A stretch of 63,289 bases of DNA, filler included. It is 3 parts of 3 records of this genome, joined end to end, with 100 filler letters (N's around TTAATTAATTAA, not from the genome) between each part and the next. Parts side by side here need not be neighbours in the genome. Positions count along the whole stretch, not along the records: positions 1 to 18,304 come from SRR20825006_201; positions 18,405 to 44,254 come from SRR20825006_203; 1 more part is not named here. One strand, 5' to 3'. Positions 9,728-19,083 of the stretch are shown here, piece after piece. Each line of letters opens with the position of its first letter. The stretch's first letter is position 1. Below the pieces are notes generated by a model. That model was not told where the DNA came from. It did no database searches and saw only the letters and a list, made by a program, of their open reading frames with translations. A program made the translations under genes and the position numbers.

Positions 9728-10321
9728 ATGAGTAAACTTCCGGCCCTCAAGGTTTCGCGCCGCGCATTTGTTGCAGGCTCTACAGCGGTTTTGGCATTGC
9801 CAGCTTTGGCACAGACCGACAACACGACAGAGATCGAAGGCGACATTTCAACCGTTGTGCGCCGCAATATTTCAAGTTTCCGCTCGCTGAACTGGGAACC
9901 CTATTTCAGCAATCTCAGCAATGGGGCGATCCTTGTTGATACCACATCGCGGGCGCTGCATTTTTGGAGCGAAGATCAGTCGGTCTACAAGCTCTATCCA
10001 ACATCGGTTCCCTTAACCGAAGACCTGACGCGTCGGGGCCGCACATCAATCATTCGCAAAGTCGAGGGGCCAAGTTGGTCTCCGACGCCAGCAATGAAAG
10101 TCCGCAATCCTGAATGGCCGGAATTTGTTGGGCCGGGTCCAAACAATCCGCTCGGCACGCATGCGCTTTATCTGTCTTGGCAATATTACCGAATCCACGG
10201 AACCCACGATACGCGAAAAATCGGCCGGAGATCCTCCAATGGCTGCATCGGTTTGTACAATGAGCATATCGCTGAGTTGTATTCTTTGACAAAAGTGGGA
10301 ACCCAAGTGTTGCTAATTTGA
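9728..10321 (+). CDS. L,D-transpeptidase (ErfK/YbiS/YcfS/YnhG family), Tat-exported
   Basis: SRRAFV Tat signal; GP.NPLG..AL and IHGT...SNGCI catalytic motif. Confidence 0.92.
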   Translation: MSKLPALKVSRRAFVAGSTAVLALPALAQTDNTTEIEGDISTVVRRNISSFRSLNWEPYFSNLSNGAILVDTTSRALHFWSEDQSVYKLYPTSVPLTEDLTRRGRTSIIRKVEGPSWSPTPAMKVRNPEWPEFVGPGPNNPLGTHALYLSWQYYRIHGTHDTRKIGRRSSNGCIGLYNEHIAELYSLTKVGTQVLLI

Positions 10322-10438
10322 CGATTCTCTGTTCGAAATGAGACCTACGTTAAAGGATAAATTGATTTCTCTTCGGTTTATCTGCATTACGAATACTGTG
10401 TAACAAACCTGACCTGCCAATGCAGGGATCATGGAGGA

Positions 10439-10630
10439 ATGAAAATGAAAAAATTCGCTGCTGCTGCCGTTTTTGCTTTGGCTGGCTCTGCTGCTTTTGC
10501 TGGTGGCTACTCTGCTCCGGTTATCGAAGCTCCTGTTGTCGTGGAAGAAACATCTTCTTCGTCCGCTGGCGGTTACGTTGTACCGTTGCTGATCTTGGCA
10601 CTCGTTGCCGCTGCTGTTGCTGCTGACTAA
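10439..10630 (+). CDS. small secreted protein with C-terminal hydrophobic anchor
   Basis: GGAGG Shine-Dalgarno, signal peptide ending AFA, strongly GCT/GTT-biased codons, and its own terminator. Start at 10439 or 10445. Confidence 0.85.
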   Translation: MKMKKFAAAAVFALAGSAAFAGGYSAPVIEAPVVVEETSSSSAGGYVVPLLILALVAAAVAAD

Positions 10631-10655
10631 TCGTCACTCGACAGTTACTCATTTT

Positions 10656-10684
10656 AAAGGGCAGCTCATTGAGCTGCCCTTTTC
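10656..10684 (+). terminator. intrinsic terminator (probably bidirectional)
   Basis: AAAGGGCAGCTC-ATT-GAGCTGCCCTTT followed by T, between convergent genes. Confidence 0.9.
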
Positions 10685-10725
10685 ATTTTGAACAAAGGGC
10701 TAGAGGCAAGACTCTATGAGTCCGC

Positions 10726-11787
10726 CTATACCCATCCACTCAGATTCTTACGGATTTGATCGACAAGGGCCTTGATGTGCAAAGGCTCGGCGTTGAGGCA
10801 GGGGATGTAGAGGAAATCCTCGCCGCCTGCGTGGTCAAAGCTTTCTTTGATCTCTTCGTTGATTTCCTCAAGCGTCTCAATGCAATCGGCGGAAAACGCA
10901 GGGGCACAAACGGCGATGCTTTTGTTCCCGGCTCCGGCCTGACGCGCCACCTCTTCCACGGTATAGGGTTGAAGCCAGTCTTCGGGACCGAATTTCGATT
11001 GAAACGTCGTCATGATCTGCGTGTCATCCCAACCGAGGCGTTCCTTAAGCAGCCGCGTCGTTTTCTGGCACTGACAATGATAGGGATCGCCCCCCTCTTT
11101 CAGGTAGCGTTCTGGCAGGCCGTGATAGGAACAAATCAGGATGTCGGGCTTTTTCGCCGCCGCCGCATAGGCGCGCTCAACGGACTGGGCGAGGGCTTCA
11201 ATATAGGCGGGATCATCGAAATAGGGCGGTACGGTCCGCGCGGCGGGTTGCCAGTTTTCTTCCATCAAAGCGCGGAAAAATTCGTCATTGGCGGTGGCAA
11301 CCGTTGCCCCGGCGTATTGCGGGTAGAGCGGGAAGAACAGGATTTTGCTACAGCCTTCGGAGACGAGTTTTTGCACCTTTGATTTGGTGGATGGGTTGCC
11401 GTAACGCATACAGAAATCAACCATCACCTCACCGCCAAACTCCTCCGCAAGCGCTGCTTTGATCGCCGCCGTTTGCTCTTTGGTGATGGTCATCAGCGGA
11501 CTTTCATCGGCCTCATTGTTCCAAATAGACCGATACGCCGCACCGGATTTCGATGGCCTAAAGGTCAAAACGATGCCTTGCAGGATCGGTTGCCATTTCC
11601 ATTTTGGATAGTCGATCACCCGCTGATCCGAGAGAAATTCATTTAAATACCGACGCATTGACCAATAGTCTGTCGCGTCAGGCGTTCCCAAATTTGACAG
11701 CAAAACCCCGATCTTTTGTTTTGGCACTTTGGGGTGGTCTGTTTGCGCGTGTATTGGACAGGTGGCGTCTGCCGCATTTGTGTTCAT
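10726..11787 (-). CDS. hemH: ferrochelatase
   Basis: NLGTP, MRYGNP, PLYPQY, SYHGLP, FQSKFG..WL.P and DCIETLEEI motifs. Start moved to ATG 11787. Confidence 0.95.
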   Translation of the reverse strand: MNTNAADATCPIHAQTDHPKVPKQKIGVLLSNLGTPDATDYWSMRRYLNEFLSDQRVIDYPKWKWQPILQGIVLTFRPSKSGAAYRSIWNNEADESPLMTITKEQTAAIKAALAEEFGGEVMVDFCMRYGNPSTKSKVQKLVSEGCSKILFFPLYPQYAGATVATANDEFFRALMEENWQPAARTVPPYFDDPAYIEALAQSVERAYAAAAKKPDILICSYHGLPERYLKEGGDPYHCQCQKTTRLLKERLGWDDTQIMTTFQSKFGPEDWLQPYTVEEVARQAGAGNKSIAVCAPAFSADCIETLEEINEEIKESFDHAGGEDFLYIPCLNAEPLHIKALVDQIRKNLSGWV

Positions 11788-11863
11788 CCGGCTTGGCTTC
11801 ATAAGTCCCATATGTCTGTCCTGATTTTTGTTTTTTATAGGCTTAGGGTGGTCGGGCTGCGGG

Positions 11864-12697
11864 TCAAGGGGCCGCGTCTGTGGGAAGTTTAAATTCCTGC
11901 GCCTGAAGCGCGTCGGCAAGGCGATGTTTGGCGGAACCGGGCATCAGCGGTTTCGGCTGGCTTTCATCCGGGGCCCAGCCTGTCAGAAACACCAAATCAA
12001 ATGTCGCCACAAGCCGGTCGTCTTGCGCAAAATGAGCCTGATAGAGATGCTCGGTCAGATCAAAAAGCGCCTTTGGGCTTGGAGTCATGTGCCGCGTGCC
12101 GAGCGCATTGCTTTCTCCCATGGCGCGCAGATCGGTGACGAGTCTTTTTAAACTGGGGTAGGTCACGGTGCGCGGGCTTTTGTCCGCGACAGGCAGGGCA
12201 AAAGAGGCGCGTTGCAACAGCGCACCGAGGTCGCGCAGTTCTCCCATCGGCAACACGCGCGGCGATAGGCCACCCAAAAGCGCCGCTTCCGCCTGTCCCA
12301 AACAGGCGCGCAGTTCATGCAGCGTTTGGTCGCCGAAAAAGGCCGCGATCATCAAGCCATCGGGTTTGAGCGCGCGATTGCATTGGATGAGCTGACCGAC
12401 GGGATCATTGGCCCAATGCAGGGACATGGCATGGATCACCAAATCATGCGCACCCTGTTCCAGGTCGAGCACATCGTCATCGGCAACGACACGCGCCTCG
12501 GGGAACCATTTTGACCACAACTCGGGAAATCCGGTGACAATCGCCGGCGATGTAAACGCTTTATTAACCATGCTTAACCGATCTTCGATCTCAGCGCGGG
12601 CCTCTTCATGCAAAAAGAAATCGCCCCCCATGCGCAAAGCACGGGTGCGGTATCGAGACAGGTGGTCCCGATGGATCAAAGGAACGGGGTCGGACAT
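11864..12697 (-). CDS. SAM-dependent methyltransferase (BioC/NDUFAF5-like)
   Basis: SLHWANDP, LKPDG, TLHELR, SPRV and DLRAMGE; divergent from comF, as is usual in alphaproteobacteria. Confidence 0.87.
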   Translation of the reverse strand: MSDPVPLIHRDHLSRYRTRALRMGGDFFLHEEARAEIEDRLSMVNKAFTSPAIVTGFPELWSKWFPEARVVADDDVLDLEQGAHDLVIHAMSLHWANDPVGQLIQCNRALKPDGLMIAAFFGDQTLHELRACLGQAEAALLGGLSPRVLPMGELRDLGALLQRASFALPVADKSPRTVTYPSLKRLVTDLRAMGESNALGTRHMTPSPKALFDLTEHLYQAHFAQDDRLVATFDLVFLTGWAPDESQPKPLMPGSAKHRLADALQAQEFKLPTDAAP

Positions 12698-12759
12698 GGA
12701 TGTGCTTTCTTTACGGTCATGTTTCAAACCTGCGGGCAATGTAGGAAGTTGACAGGGAA

Positions 12760-13473
12760 ATGCAAACACTGGCCAAGCTGATCTACCCGGCACAATGTCT
12801 CACCTGCGACGAAATGATCGAGGTGGCGCGCGGGTTGTGCCCAAAATGTTGGTCGCAAACACCGTTTATTGTCGATCCACCTTGTGATGCCTGTGGGCGC
12901 CCTTTGATTGGTGAGGCGCAGGAGGGCGATCTCTGTGATGACTGTCGCGCTAATCCGCGCCTGTGGGATCGAGGCCGGGCTGCGATGCTATATGCGGGCA
13001 ATGGCCGAGCGATGGTTTTGAGGTTCAAGCATGGCGACCGCACCGATCTTGCGCGCTCTGCGGGGGCGTGGTTGGCGCGGGCGGCAGAGCCTTTGATATG
13101 TGAGGATACGCTTGTTGCCCCGGTGCCTCTCCACTGGCTGCGTATCGTTCAGCGGCGGTACAATCAATCCGCGTTGCTTGCCGCTCAGGTGGCGAAGCTC
13201 CATGGATTGGACTATTGTCCTGACCTATTACGCCGACCTGTTGCGACTCGAAAATTGGATGGGATGACCGCAGATCAACGCCATGAAACGGTTTCAGGCG
13301 TGATCAAAGTCACACCGAAGCGCGCCAAGGTGATTGCCGGTCGGCATGTGCTTTTGATCGACGATGTGATGACCACTGGTGCGACTTTGGCGCAATGCAC
13401 GCGCGCCTGCCTTGAGGCTGGTGCGTCGCATGTTTCGATCGCGGTACTGGCCCGCGTTGCCAGAGAGGGCTAA
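12760..13473 (+). CDS. comF: ComF family protein (double zinc ribbon + PRTase)
   Basis: Four CxxC pairs, PVPLH, RRYNQS, LIDDVMTTGAT. Confidence 0.92.
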   Translation: MQTLAKLIYPAQCLTCDEMIEVARGLCPKCWSQTPFIVDPPCDACGRPLIGEAQEGDLCDDCRANPRLWDRGRAAMLYAGNGRAMVLRFKHGDRTDLARSAGAWLARAAEPLICEDTLVAPVPLHWLRIVQRRYNQSALLAAQVAKLHGLDYCPDLLRRPVATRKLDGMTADQRHETVSGVIKVTPKRAKVIAGRHVLLIDDVMTTGATLAQCTRACLEAGASHVSIAVLARVAREG

Positions 13474-13508
13474 ATCCTTATAGTCGCCGAAAGATCAAAG
13501 GATTTCCC

Positions 13509-13766
13509 ATGCAACCTGTCACGCTCTACACCACTCCGATTTGCCCTTATTGCATCGCGGCCAAGCGCCTGCTTGACAGCAAAGGGGTTACCTACACCGA
13601 CATCAACGTGATGGCCGAACCCAATCGTCGCGCCGAGATGATGCAAAAGGCCCATGGTCGCCACACCGTGCCGCAGATTTTCATTGGCGACACCCATGTC
13701 GGCGGTTGTGATGAGCTTTACGCCCTTGAACGTGCTGGTAAACTCGACCCGCTTTTGGCGGATTGA
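13509..13766 (+). CDS. grxC: glutaredoxin 3
   Basis: CPYC, TVPQIF and GGCD motifs. Confidence 0.95.
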   Translation: MQPVTLYTTPICPYCIAAKRLLDSKGVTYTDINVMAEPNRRAEMMQKAHGRHTVPQIFIGDTHVGGCDELYALERAGKLDPLLAD

Positions 13767-13769
13767 GCC

Positions 13770-14606
13770 ATGACCCGCGTTGGCCTTATTACGCTTAATT
13801 CCTCTGACGATCCACTTGCCAATCTTGCGATCACGCAACGCTATGTGACCGAAGCGGCAGAGGCGGGGGCGCAGATTGTTTTGACGCCAGAAGTCACCAA
13901 TTGCGTTTCAAGTTCGCGTACACATCAACGAGAGGTTTTGCGCGCTGAGTCTGAAGACCCAACATTGGCAGGGTTGCAGGAAACGGCAAAATCTTGTGGG
14001 ATTTGGCTCTTGATCGGCTCACTGGCCTTAAAGACCGATGATCCAGATGGGCGATTTGCCAATCGCTCGTTCCTGATCACCCCTGAGGGCGAAATCGCCG
14101 CGCGCTATGATAAAATCCACATGTTTGACGTCGATGTCAGCGAGACGGAGACCTATCGCGAATCCGCCGGGTATCGTCCTGGCAATCGGGCAGTTTTGGC
14201 GAAAACGGCGCTGGGCCAGATCGGTATGGCGATTTGTTATGATCTGCGTTTTCCGCATTTGTTTCGTTCTTTGGCACAGGCAGGAGCCGACATCCTCACC
14301 GTGCCTGCGGCCTTCTCTGCCGTGACCGGGGCCGCGCATTGGGAGAGCTTGCTCAGAGCGCGGGCGATTGAGACCGGGTGTTTTGTTTTTGCTCCGGCGC
14401 AAACGGGGCAACACGTCGAAACCACAGGGTCAACGCGCCGCACCTATGGTCATTCTCTTGCCGTTTCGCCCTGGGGAGAGGTGCTTTATGATGGCGGTGT
14501 TGAACCGGGATGGGATGTGATTGACATTGATATGGGCGACGTTGCTCATGCCAGATCGCGCATTCCTTCCCTGTCCCATGATCGTGACTTTGAGGTTCCG
14601 CAATGA
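13770..14606 (+). CDS. carbon-nitrogen hydrolase (Nit1-like)
   Basis: TPE, YDKIHMFD, ICYDLRFP and ARAIE: the Glu-Lys-Cys triad family. Confidence 0.92.
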   Translation: MTRVGLITLNSSDDPLANLAITQRYVTEAAEAGAQIVLTPEVTNCVSSSRTHQREVLRAESEDPTLAGLQETAKSCGIWLLIGSLALKTDDPDGRFANRSFLITPEGEIAARYDKIHMFDVDVSETETYRESAGYRPGNRAVLAKTALGQIGMAICYDLRFPHLFRSLAQAGADILTVPAAFSAVTGAAHWESLLRARAIETGCFVFAPAQTGQHVETTGSTRRTYGHSLAVSPWGEVLYDGGVEPGWDVIDIDMGDVAHARSRIPSLSHDRDFEVPQ

Positions 14607-15052
14607 GTGGCCCATCCAACAATGACTCGCTGTCTGTGGCGCTGTTTTCCGAGATTTTCATGGCGGATCAGTTGGCCCGAAACCGGCTGACCAAAGCGAT
14701 GCCCAAAGGCATGGAAATCAGTCACTTTTCGGTGCTCAACCATCTTGCCCGTGCCAATGACGAAAGGTCTCCGGCGCAGCTTGCGCGGGCGTTTCACGTC
14801 ACCCGCGGTGCGATGACCAACACATTGAACAAACTCGAATGGGCGGGACATGTTCACATTCGCCCGGATTGGGACGACGCGCGCCGCAAATTCGTGTCAA
14901 TTTCCCCATCAGGCCGCGCGGCACGAGACGCAGCTTTGGCGGCGATTGCGCCGATCCTGTCTGATATTGTCGAGGCGATTGGCACCGAACGGGTCAAGGC
15001 CGCACTTCCCGTCTTGCGGGAAATGCGCATTCGTCTTGAAGAAGAAAATTAG
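14603..15052 (+). CDS. MarR family transcriptional regulator
   Basis: Winged HTH with D..DARRK wing motif; ATGA overlap with the upstream gene. Confidence 0.9.
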   Translation: MSGPSNNDSLSVALFSEIFMADQLARNRLTKAMPKGMEISHFSVLNHLARANDERSPAQLARAFHVTRGAMTNTLNKLEWAGHVHIRPDWDDARRKFVSISPSGRAARDAALAAIAPILSDIVEAIGTERVKAALPVLREMRIRLEEEN

Positions 15053-15055
15053 ACC

Positions 15056-15802
15056 CTAACTCGGCTTGGTTGATGCCGTGACATAGTTTACCGACAGATC
15101 ACGGGCAGACAGAGACCAGGTCCAAAGCACCGGATTGAAGACAAAGCCTTTGCGATCGACCGGCAACAGGCCGGCTTTTTCAATCAGCGCGTATAACTCG
15201 TCTGGCGTGATGAATTTTTTCCACTCATGCGTGCCCTTCGGCAACCAACGCATGATCACCTCAGCACCGACAATCGCCATCATATAGCTTTTGGGATTGC
15301 GATTGATTGTTGAGGCAATCATCAGCCCGCCGGGTTTGAGCAACATCTGACAGGCGGTCATGTAGCCCTGTGGATCGGAGACATGTTCGACCACTTCCAT
15401 GTTCAAAACCACGTCAAACTGCTCCCCAGCTTCGGCCAATGATTCGGCAGTGGTGTGGCGATAGTCGATCACAAGCCCGGATTTTTCCGCATGAAGCTGC
15501 GCAACGGGCAGGTTTCCGGCCGCCGCATCGGCGCCCACAACCGTCGCCCCCAATCGCGCCATAGGTTCGGACAAAAGTCCGCCACCACAACCGATGTCAA
15601 GCAGGCGTAGCCCGTCAAAGGGACGTTCGCTGGACAGGTCACGCCCGAACTCAGCGGCGATTTGCGAGGTGATGTAATCAAGCCGACACGGGTTCAGCAT
15701 ATGCAATGGTTTAAACTTACCATTCGGGTCCCACCATTCTGCGGCCATGGCCTCGAATTTGGCGACCTCTTGCGGGTCAATGGTGGACTGATGCATTTGC
15801 AT
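15056..15802 (-). CDS. ubiG: ubiquinone biosynthesis O-methyltransferase
   Basis: EVAKF...[32 protein letters not shown] 15802 follows GGAGAGG. Confidence 0.95.
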   Translation of the reverse strand: MQMHQSTIDPQEVAKFEAMAAEWWDPNGKFKPLHMLNPCRLDYITSQIAAEFGRDLSSERPFDGLRLLDIGCGGGLLSEPMARLGATVVGADAAAGNLPVAQLHAEKSGLVIDYRHTTAESLAEAGEQFDVVLNMEVVEHVSDPQGYMTACQMLLKPGGLMIASTINRNPKSYMMAIVGAEVIMRWLPKGTHEWKKFITPDELYALIEKAGLLPVDRKGFVFNPVLWTWSLSARDLSVNYVTASTKPS

Positions 15803-15871
15803 GATCCTCTCCTTCGTGTTCAACTTAGAAATCGGTTTCTATACCGATTGATCGCTCTATATAGGAACCCC

Positions 15872-16849
15872 ATGGATAAGGTCTCAGGCCAAAAGAGCGC
15901 ATATAGCTACCTCTACCCCCAAATCGCGGTCTATGACCACCGGATGTTGGAGGTTGGGGACGGGCACCGGATTTACGTCGAGCAAAGCGGCAATCCGAAG
16001 GGTATTCCTGTGGTGGTGTTTCATGGTGGTCCAGGTGGGGGCTGTAGCCCTTATATGCGGCGCTATTTCGATCCGTCCATTTTTCGCATCATTTTGTTTG
16101 ATCAACGCGGTTGCGGCAAATCGCGGCCCTTCGCCTCCGTCGACGCCAATACGACATGGCATTTGGTCGCTGATGTTGAGCGGATTAGGGTCGAATTGGG
16201 CATTGAGCGTTGGACTGTGTTTGGCGGAAGTTGGGGGGCGACATTGGGCGTGGCCTATACTCAAAGTCATCCGGAACGAGTGCTGCATCTTGTTTTGCGC
16301 GGCGTGTTTTTGGCGCGGCAAAGTGAGTTGGATTGGTTCTACGCGGGCGGTGCGGGTCAGTTTTGGCCGGAGCTTTGGGCGGAGTTTTGCGATGCCATCC
16401 CGGATGAGGAACACGACGATTTGATCGCGGCCTATCATCGGCGTTTGTTTAGCGGCACTTATCAAGAAGAATTGCGTTTTGGTCGGATCTGGTCGCGTTG
16501 GGAGAATGCGTTGGCGTCGATCGGATCGAATGGCGCAGCGGGTGAGCCTGCGCCGGATTACGCCCGGACCTTTGCACGGCTGGAGAACCATTATTTCACC
16601 CACAAGGCATTCTTTGAGCGCGATGGACAGCTTTTGGAGGATATTGGCAAAATGGCCAATGTGCCTGGCACCATTGTTCAGGGGCGATTCGATATGATTT
16701 GCCCGCCACATACCGCCTACGCGCTGCATAAGGTTTGGCCCAAGGCGCGGTTGATGATGGTGGGGCAGGCAGGTCACGCCATGTCTGAGCCGGGAATCAC
16801 GCAGGCGCTTGTGTCGACGATGGACCGGATCGGACAGGAGATGCGATAA
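15872..16849 (+). CDS. pip: prolyl aminopeptidase
   Basis: HGGPGGG, DQRGCG.S, GGSWG nucleophile, VQGRFD, AGH. Confidence 0.93.
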   Translation: MDKVSGQKSAYSYLYPQIAVYDHRMLEVGDGHRIYVEQSGNPKGIPVVVFHGGPGGGCSPYMRRYFDPSIFRIILFDQRGCGKSRPFASVDANTTWHLVADVERIRVELGIERWTVFGGSWGATLGVAYTQSHPERVLHLVLRGVFLARQSELDWFYAGGAGQFWPELWAEFCDAIPDEEHDDLIAAYHRRLFSGTYQEELRFGRIWSRWENALASIGSNGAAGEPAPDYARTFARLENHYFTHKAFFERDGQLLEDIGKMANVPGTIVQGRFDMICPPHTAYALHKVWPKARLMMVGQAGHAMSEPGITQALVSTMDRIGQEMR

Positions 16850-16852
16850 GAC

Positions 16853-16881
16853 TTGCAGAGTGGCCTGTAGCGGCGTATAGG
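16853..16881 (+). promoter_or_regulatory. putative sigma70 promoter of rimP-nusA
   Basis: TTGCAG-N17-TATAGG immediately after the pip stop codon. Confidence 0.6.
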
Positions 16882-16934
16882 ACGTGCCAACAGCGGCGCG
16901 TTGGGAGGTCCCAAAGCTCCACCGGGAAAGATCG

Positions 16935-16957
16935 ACGGGCCGCGCGCCCGTTTTTTT
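16935..16957 (+). terminator. terminator hairpin in the rimP leader (putative attenuator)
   Basis: ACGGGC-CGCGC-GCCCGT followed by T-run, between the predicted promoter and the rimP ATG. Confidence 0.7.
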
Positions 16958-17021
16958 GTGCCCTGAAACCGCGTTGGTCGATGGGTGGCCCGTGAACCCG
17001 TATCTGAAAGGCAGCCCGGAC

Positions 17022-17609
17022 ATGTCCGAACTTATTGCCAAGACAGCCATTGACCGCCGTTTGGCGGAAATCATCACCCCGGTTATCGAGGGGATGGGAT
17101 TTGAACTTGTGCGCGTGCGTTTGATGTCGTCGACCAAATCGAAGACACTTCAAATTATGGCCGAACGTCCCGATGGCGGGATCGAAGTTGACGAATGTGC
17201 GCAGATTTCGACTGCGGTTTCTGCTATTCTCGACGTCGAAGACCCGATTGAGGACGAATACACGCTCGAAGTGTCAAGCCCTGGTATCGACCGACCTTTG
17301 ACGCGCCTGAAAGATTTTGCGTCTTTCGAGGGCTATGAGGCCAAGATTGAAACGACTGAGATGATCGACGGTCGCCGTCGCTTTAAAGGGGAGATCGCCG
17401 GTGTTGAAGGCGATGAAGTTCTCCTGACGATCGAAGAAAATGGTGAGACGCTCACCATCGGTTTGAATTTTGATTGGCTATCAGATGCGAAACTCGTGCT
17501 GACCGATGAGCTGATCCGCGAAATGTTGCGCCAACGCAAAGCGTCCGGGGCAATTGACGAAACAAATTTTGACGAAATCCAGACCGACGACGGGTCTTCA
17601 GAGGATTGA
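17022..17609 (+). CDS. rimP: ribosome maturation factor RimP
   Basis: LDVEDPI...[13 protein letters not shown]; lies upstream of nusA. Confidence 0.95.
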   Translation: MSELIAKTAIDRRLAEIITPVIEGMGFELVRVRLMSSTKSKTLQIMAERPDGGIEVDECAQISTAVSAILDVEDPIEDEYTLEVSSPGIDRPLTRLKDFASFEGYEAKIETTEMIDGRRRFKGEIAGVEGDEVLLTIEENGETLTIGLNFDWLSDAKLVLTDELIREMLRQRKASGAIDETNFDEIQTDDGSSED

Positions 17610-17623
17610 GAGAGGACTGAGAT

Positions 17624-18304
17624 ATGGCAATCACCTCTGCAAACCAGCTTGAGCTGTTGCAAACCGCCGAGGCCGTGGCCCGCGAGAAAATGATCGACCC
17701 CGAGTTGGTGGTTGAAGCGATGGAGGAGAGCCTCGCACGCGCTGCAAAGTCGCGTTATGGCTCCGAAATGGATATTCGTGTGTCCATTGACCGCAAGACT
17801 GGCCGGGCCACCTTTACTCGTGTGCGCACTGTGGTTGAGGAAGACGAGCTTGAGAATTACCAATCCGAGATGACCGTCACGCAGGCCAAACAATACATGG
17901 CCGACCCGCAGATCGGTGACGAGATCAAGGAAGAGGTTCCCCCGGTGGAGCTTGGCCGGATCGCAGCGCAATCTGCCAAGCAGGTCATCTTGCAAAAGGT
18001 GCGCGAAGCGGAGCGGGATCGTCAGTTTGATGAATTCAAAGACCGCGTCGGCACCATCATCAATGGTGTGGTGAAACGCGAAGAATATGGCAACGTGATC
18101 GTTGATGTGGGTCGTGGCGAAGCCATCCTGCGCCGCAACGAGAAAATCGGTCGCGAAACCTATCGCCCGAATGATCGCATCCGGTGTTTCATCAAAGACG
18201 TGCGCCGCGAAGCGCGTGGGCCGCAGGTGTTCCTGTCCCGCACCGCGCCGGAATTCATGTCCGAACTGTTCAAAATGGAAGTGCCGGAAATCTATGACGG
18301 CATC
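17624..18304 (+). CDS. nusA: transcription elongation factor NusA (truncated by contig end)
   Basis: GRIAAQSAKQVILQ, S1 domain, LSRT..F...LF..EVPEI.DG. Confidence 0.96.
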
Positions 18305-18404
18305 NNNNNNNNNNNNNNNNNNNNNNNNNNNNNNNNNNNNNNNNNNNNTTAATTAATTAANNNNNNNNNNNNNNNNNNNNNNNNNNNNNNNNNNNNNNNN
18401 NNNN
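18305..18404. other. artificial contig spacer
   Basis: N-run with central TTAATTAATTAA (stops in all six frames). Genes are truncated on both sides and base composition shifts. Confidence 0.97.
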
Positions 18405-18497
18405 AATGTGTCTCTTTAAGAATATTCCTGATATCCTATTGAGCAATCCTACATGATTTTCGGAATACACCGAGATGGTATACCATTGTTTTCCCAT
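18405..18497 (-). CDS. ilvN: acetolactate synthase small subunit, N-terminal part
   Basis: Manual translation MGKQWYTISVYSENHVGLLNRISGIFLKRHI (ACT domain EN..GLL.RI..IF.KR). Not in the ORF track. Confidence 0.88.
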
Positions 18498-18504
18498 GCT
18501 GTTC

Positions 18505-19083
18505 TTATTTTTTTACTGCGACTATAAGTCCTGTGGACCAGTCCATCTTTGTTATTGTAATGTCTTTTCTTTTTTCAATTGATTTGATCAATTGGTTTGC
18601 CTTTTGTTCATGTCCTTCCGGCCAATTGGGCTGTTTTTTCATATCGTCGATTACATAGTAACCGCCCTTTTTCAACAATCCCAAGGTTCTGTCCAAATGA
18701 CTGTACTTTCCCGGCCACGCATCTGCAAAAATCAAATCGAAAGTATCGCCATTGTATTCCTCCAACCATTTCCCTCCATCATCACACACAAGCTCCAATC
18801 TGTCTTCGTCTTCAAAAAACAATTTTGCCACTTCGATGAGCGAAGCATCATTGTCTACACTTATGATTTTTGAATCCTCGTCCATTCCCTGAATCAACCA
18901 AGACAATGATAGTCCGATTCCTGTACCCAATTCCAAAAACTTACCTGATGGTTTTGATGCCACCAATGTTTTCAATAAAGTGCCAATATAAATATCGGAA
19001 GGCATGGTAAATCCCATCTCCTTGCTCTTCTCAAGCAAATCTTGATATTGCTTGGGTTTTTCTGTGATAGTGGATTGATCCAT
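18505..19083 (-). CDS. class I SAM-dependent O-methyltransferase
   Basis: LELGTGIG motif I, FDLIFADAW, LLKKGG..VIDD. Confidence 0.88.
   Translation of the reverse strand: MDQSTITEKPKQYQDLLEKSKEMGFTMPSDIYIGTLLKTLVASKPSGKFLELGTGIGLSLSWLIQGMDEDSKIISVDNDASLIEVAKLFFEDEDRLELVCDDGGKWLEEYNGDTFDLIFADAWPGKYSHLDRTLGLLKKGGYYVIDDMKKQPNWPEGHEQKANQLIKSIEKRKDITITKMDWSTGLIVAVKK

Noticed and set aside
10439-10630. Small ORF as a ferrochelatase-related gene
   Set aside because: It is only adjacent and convergent to hemH; it is a secreted peptide with no chelatase motifs.
10756-11382. 208-aa ORF antisense to hemH
   Set aside because: Mirror frame of a conserved gene.
15884-17137. 417-aa ORF antisense to pip and rimP
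   Set aside because: Shadow frame of GC-rich coding DNA; no motifs, and it overlaps two well-supported genes.
17333-17995. 220-aa ORF antisense to rimP and nusA
   Set aside because: Antisense shadow with no recognisable features.
18102-18356. ORFs running into N runs (also 44307-44531)
   Set aside because: Artefacts of translating through the gap.
18349-18360. TTAATTAATTAA as a biological palindrome or CtrA site
   Set aside because: Embedded in Ns and repeated identically at 44299-44310, so it is an assembly linker.
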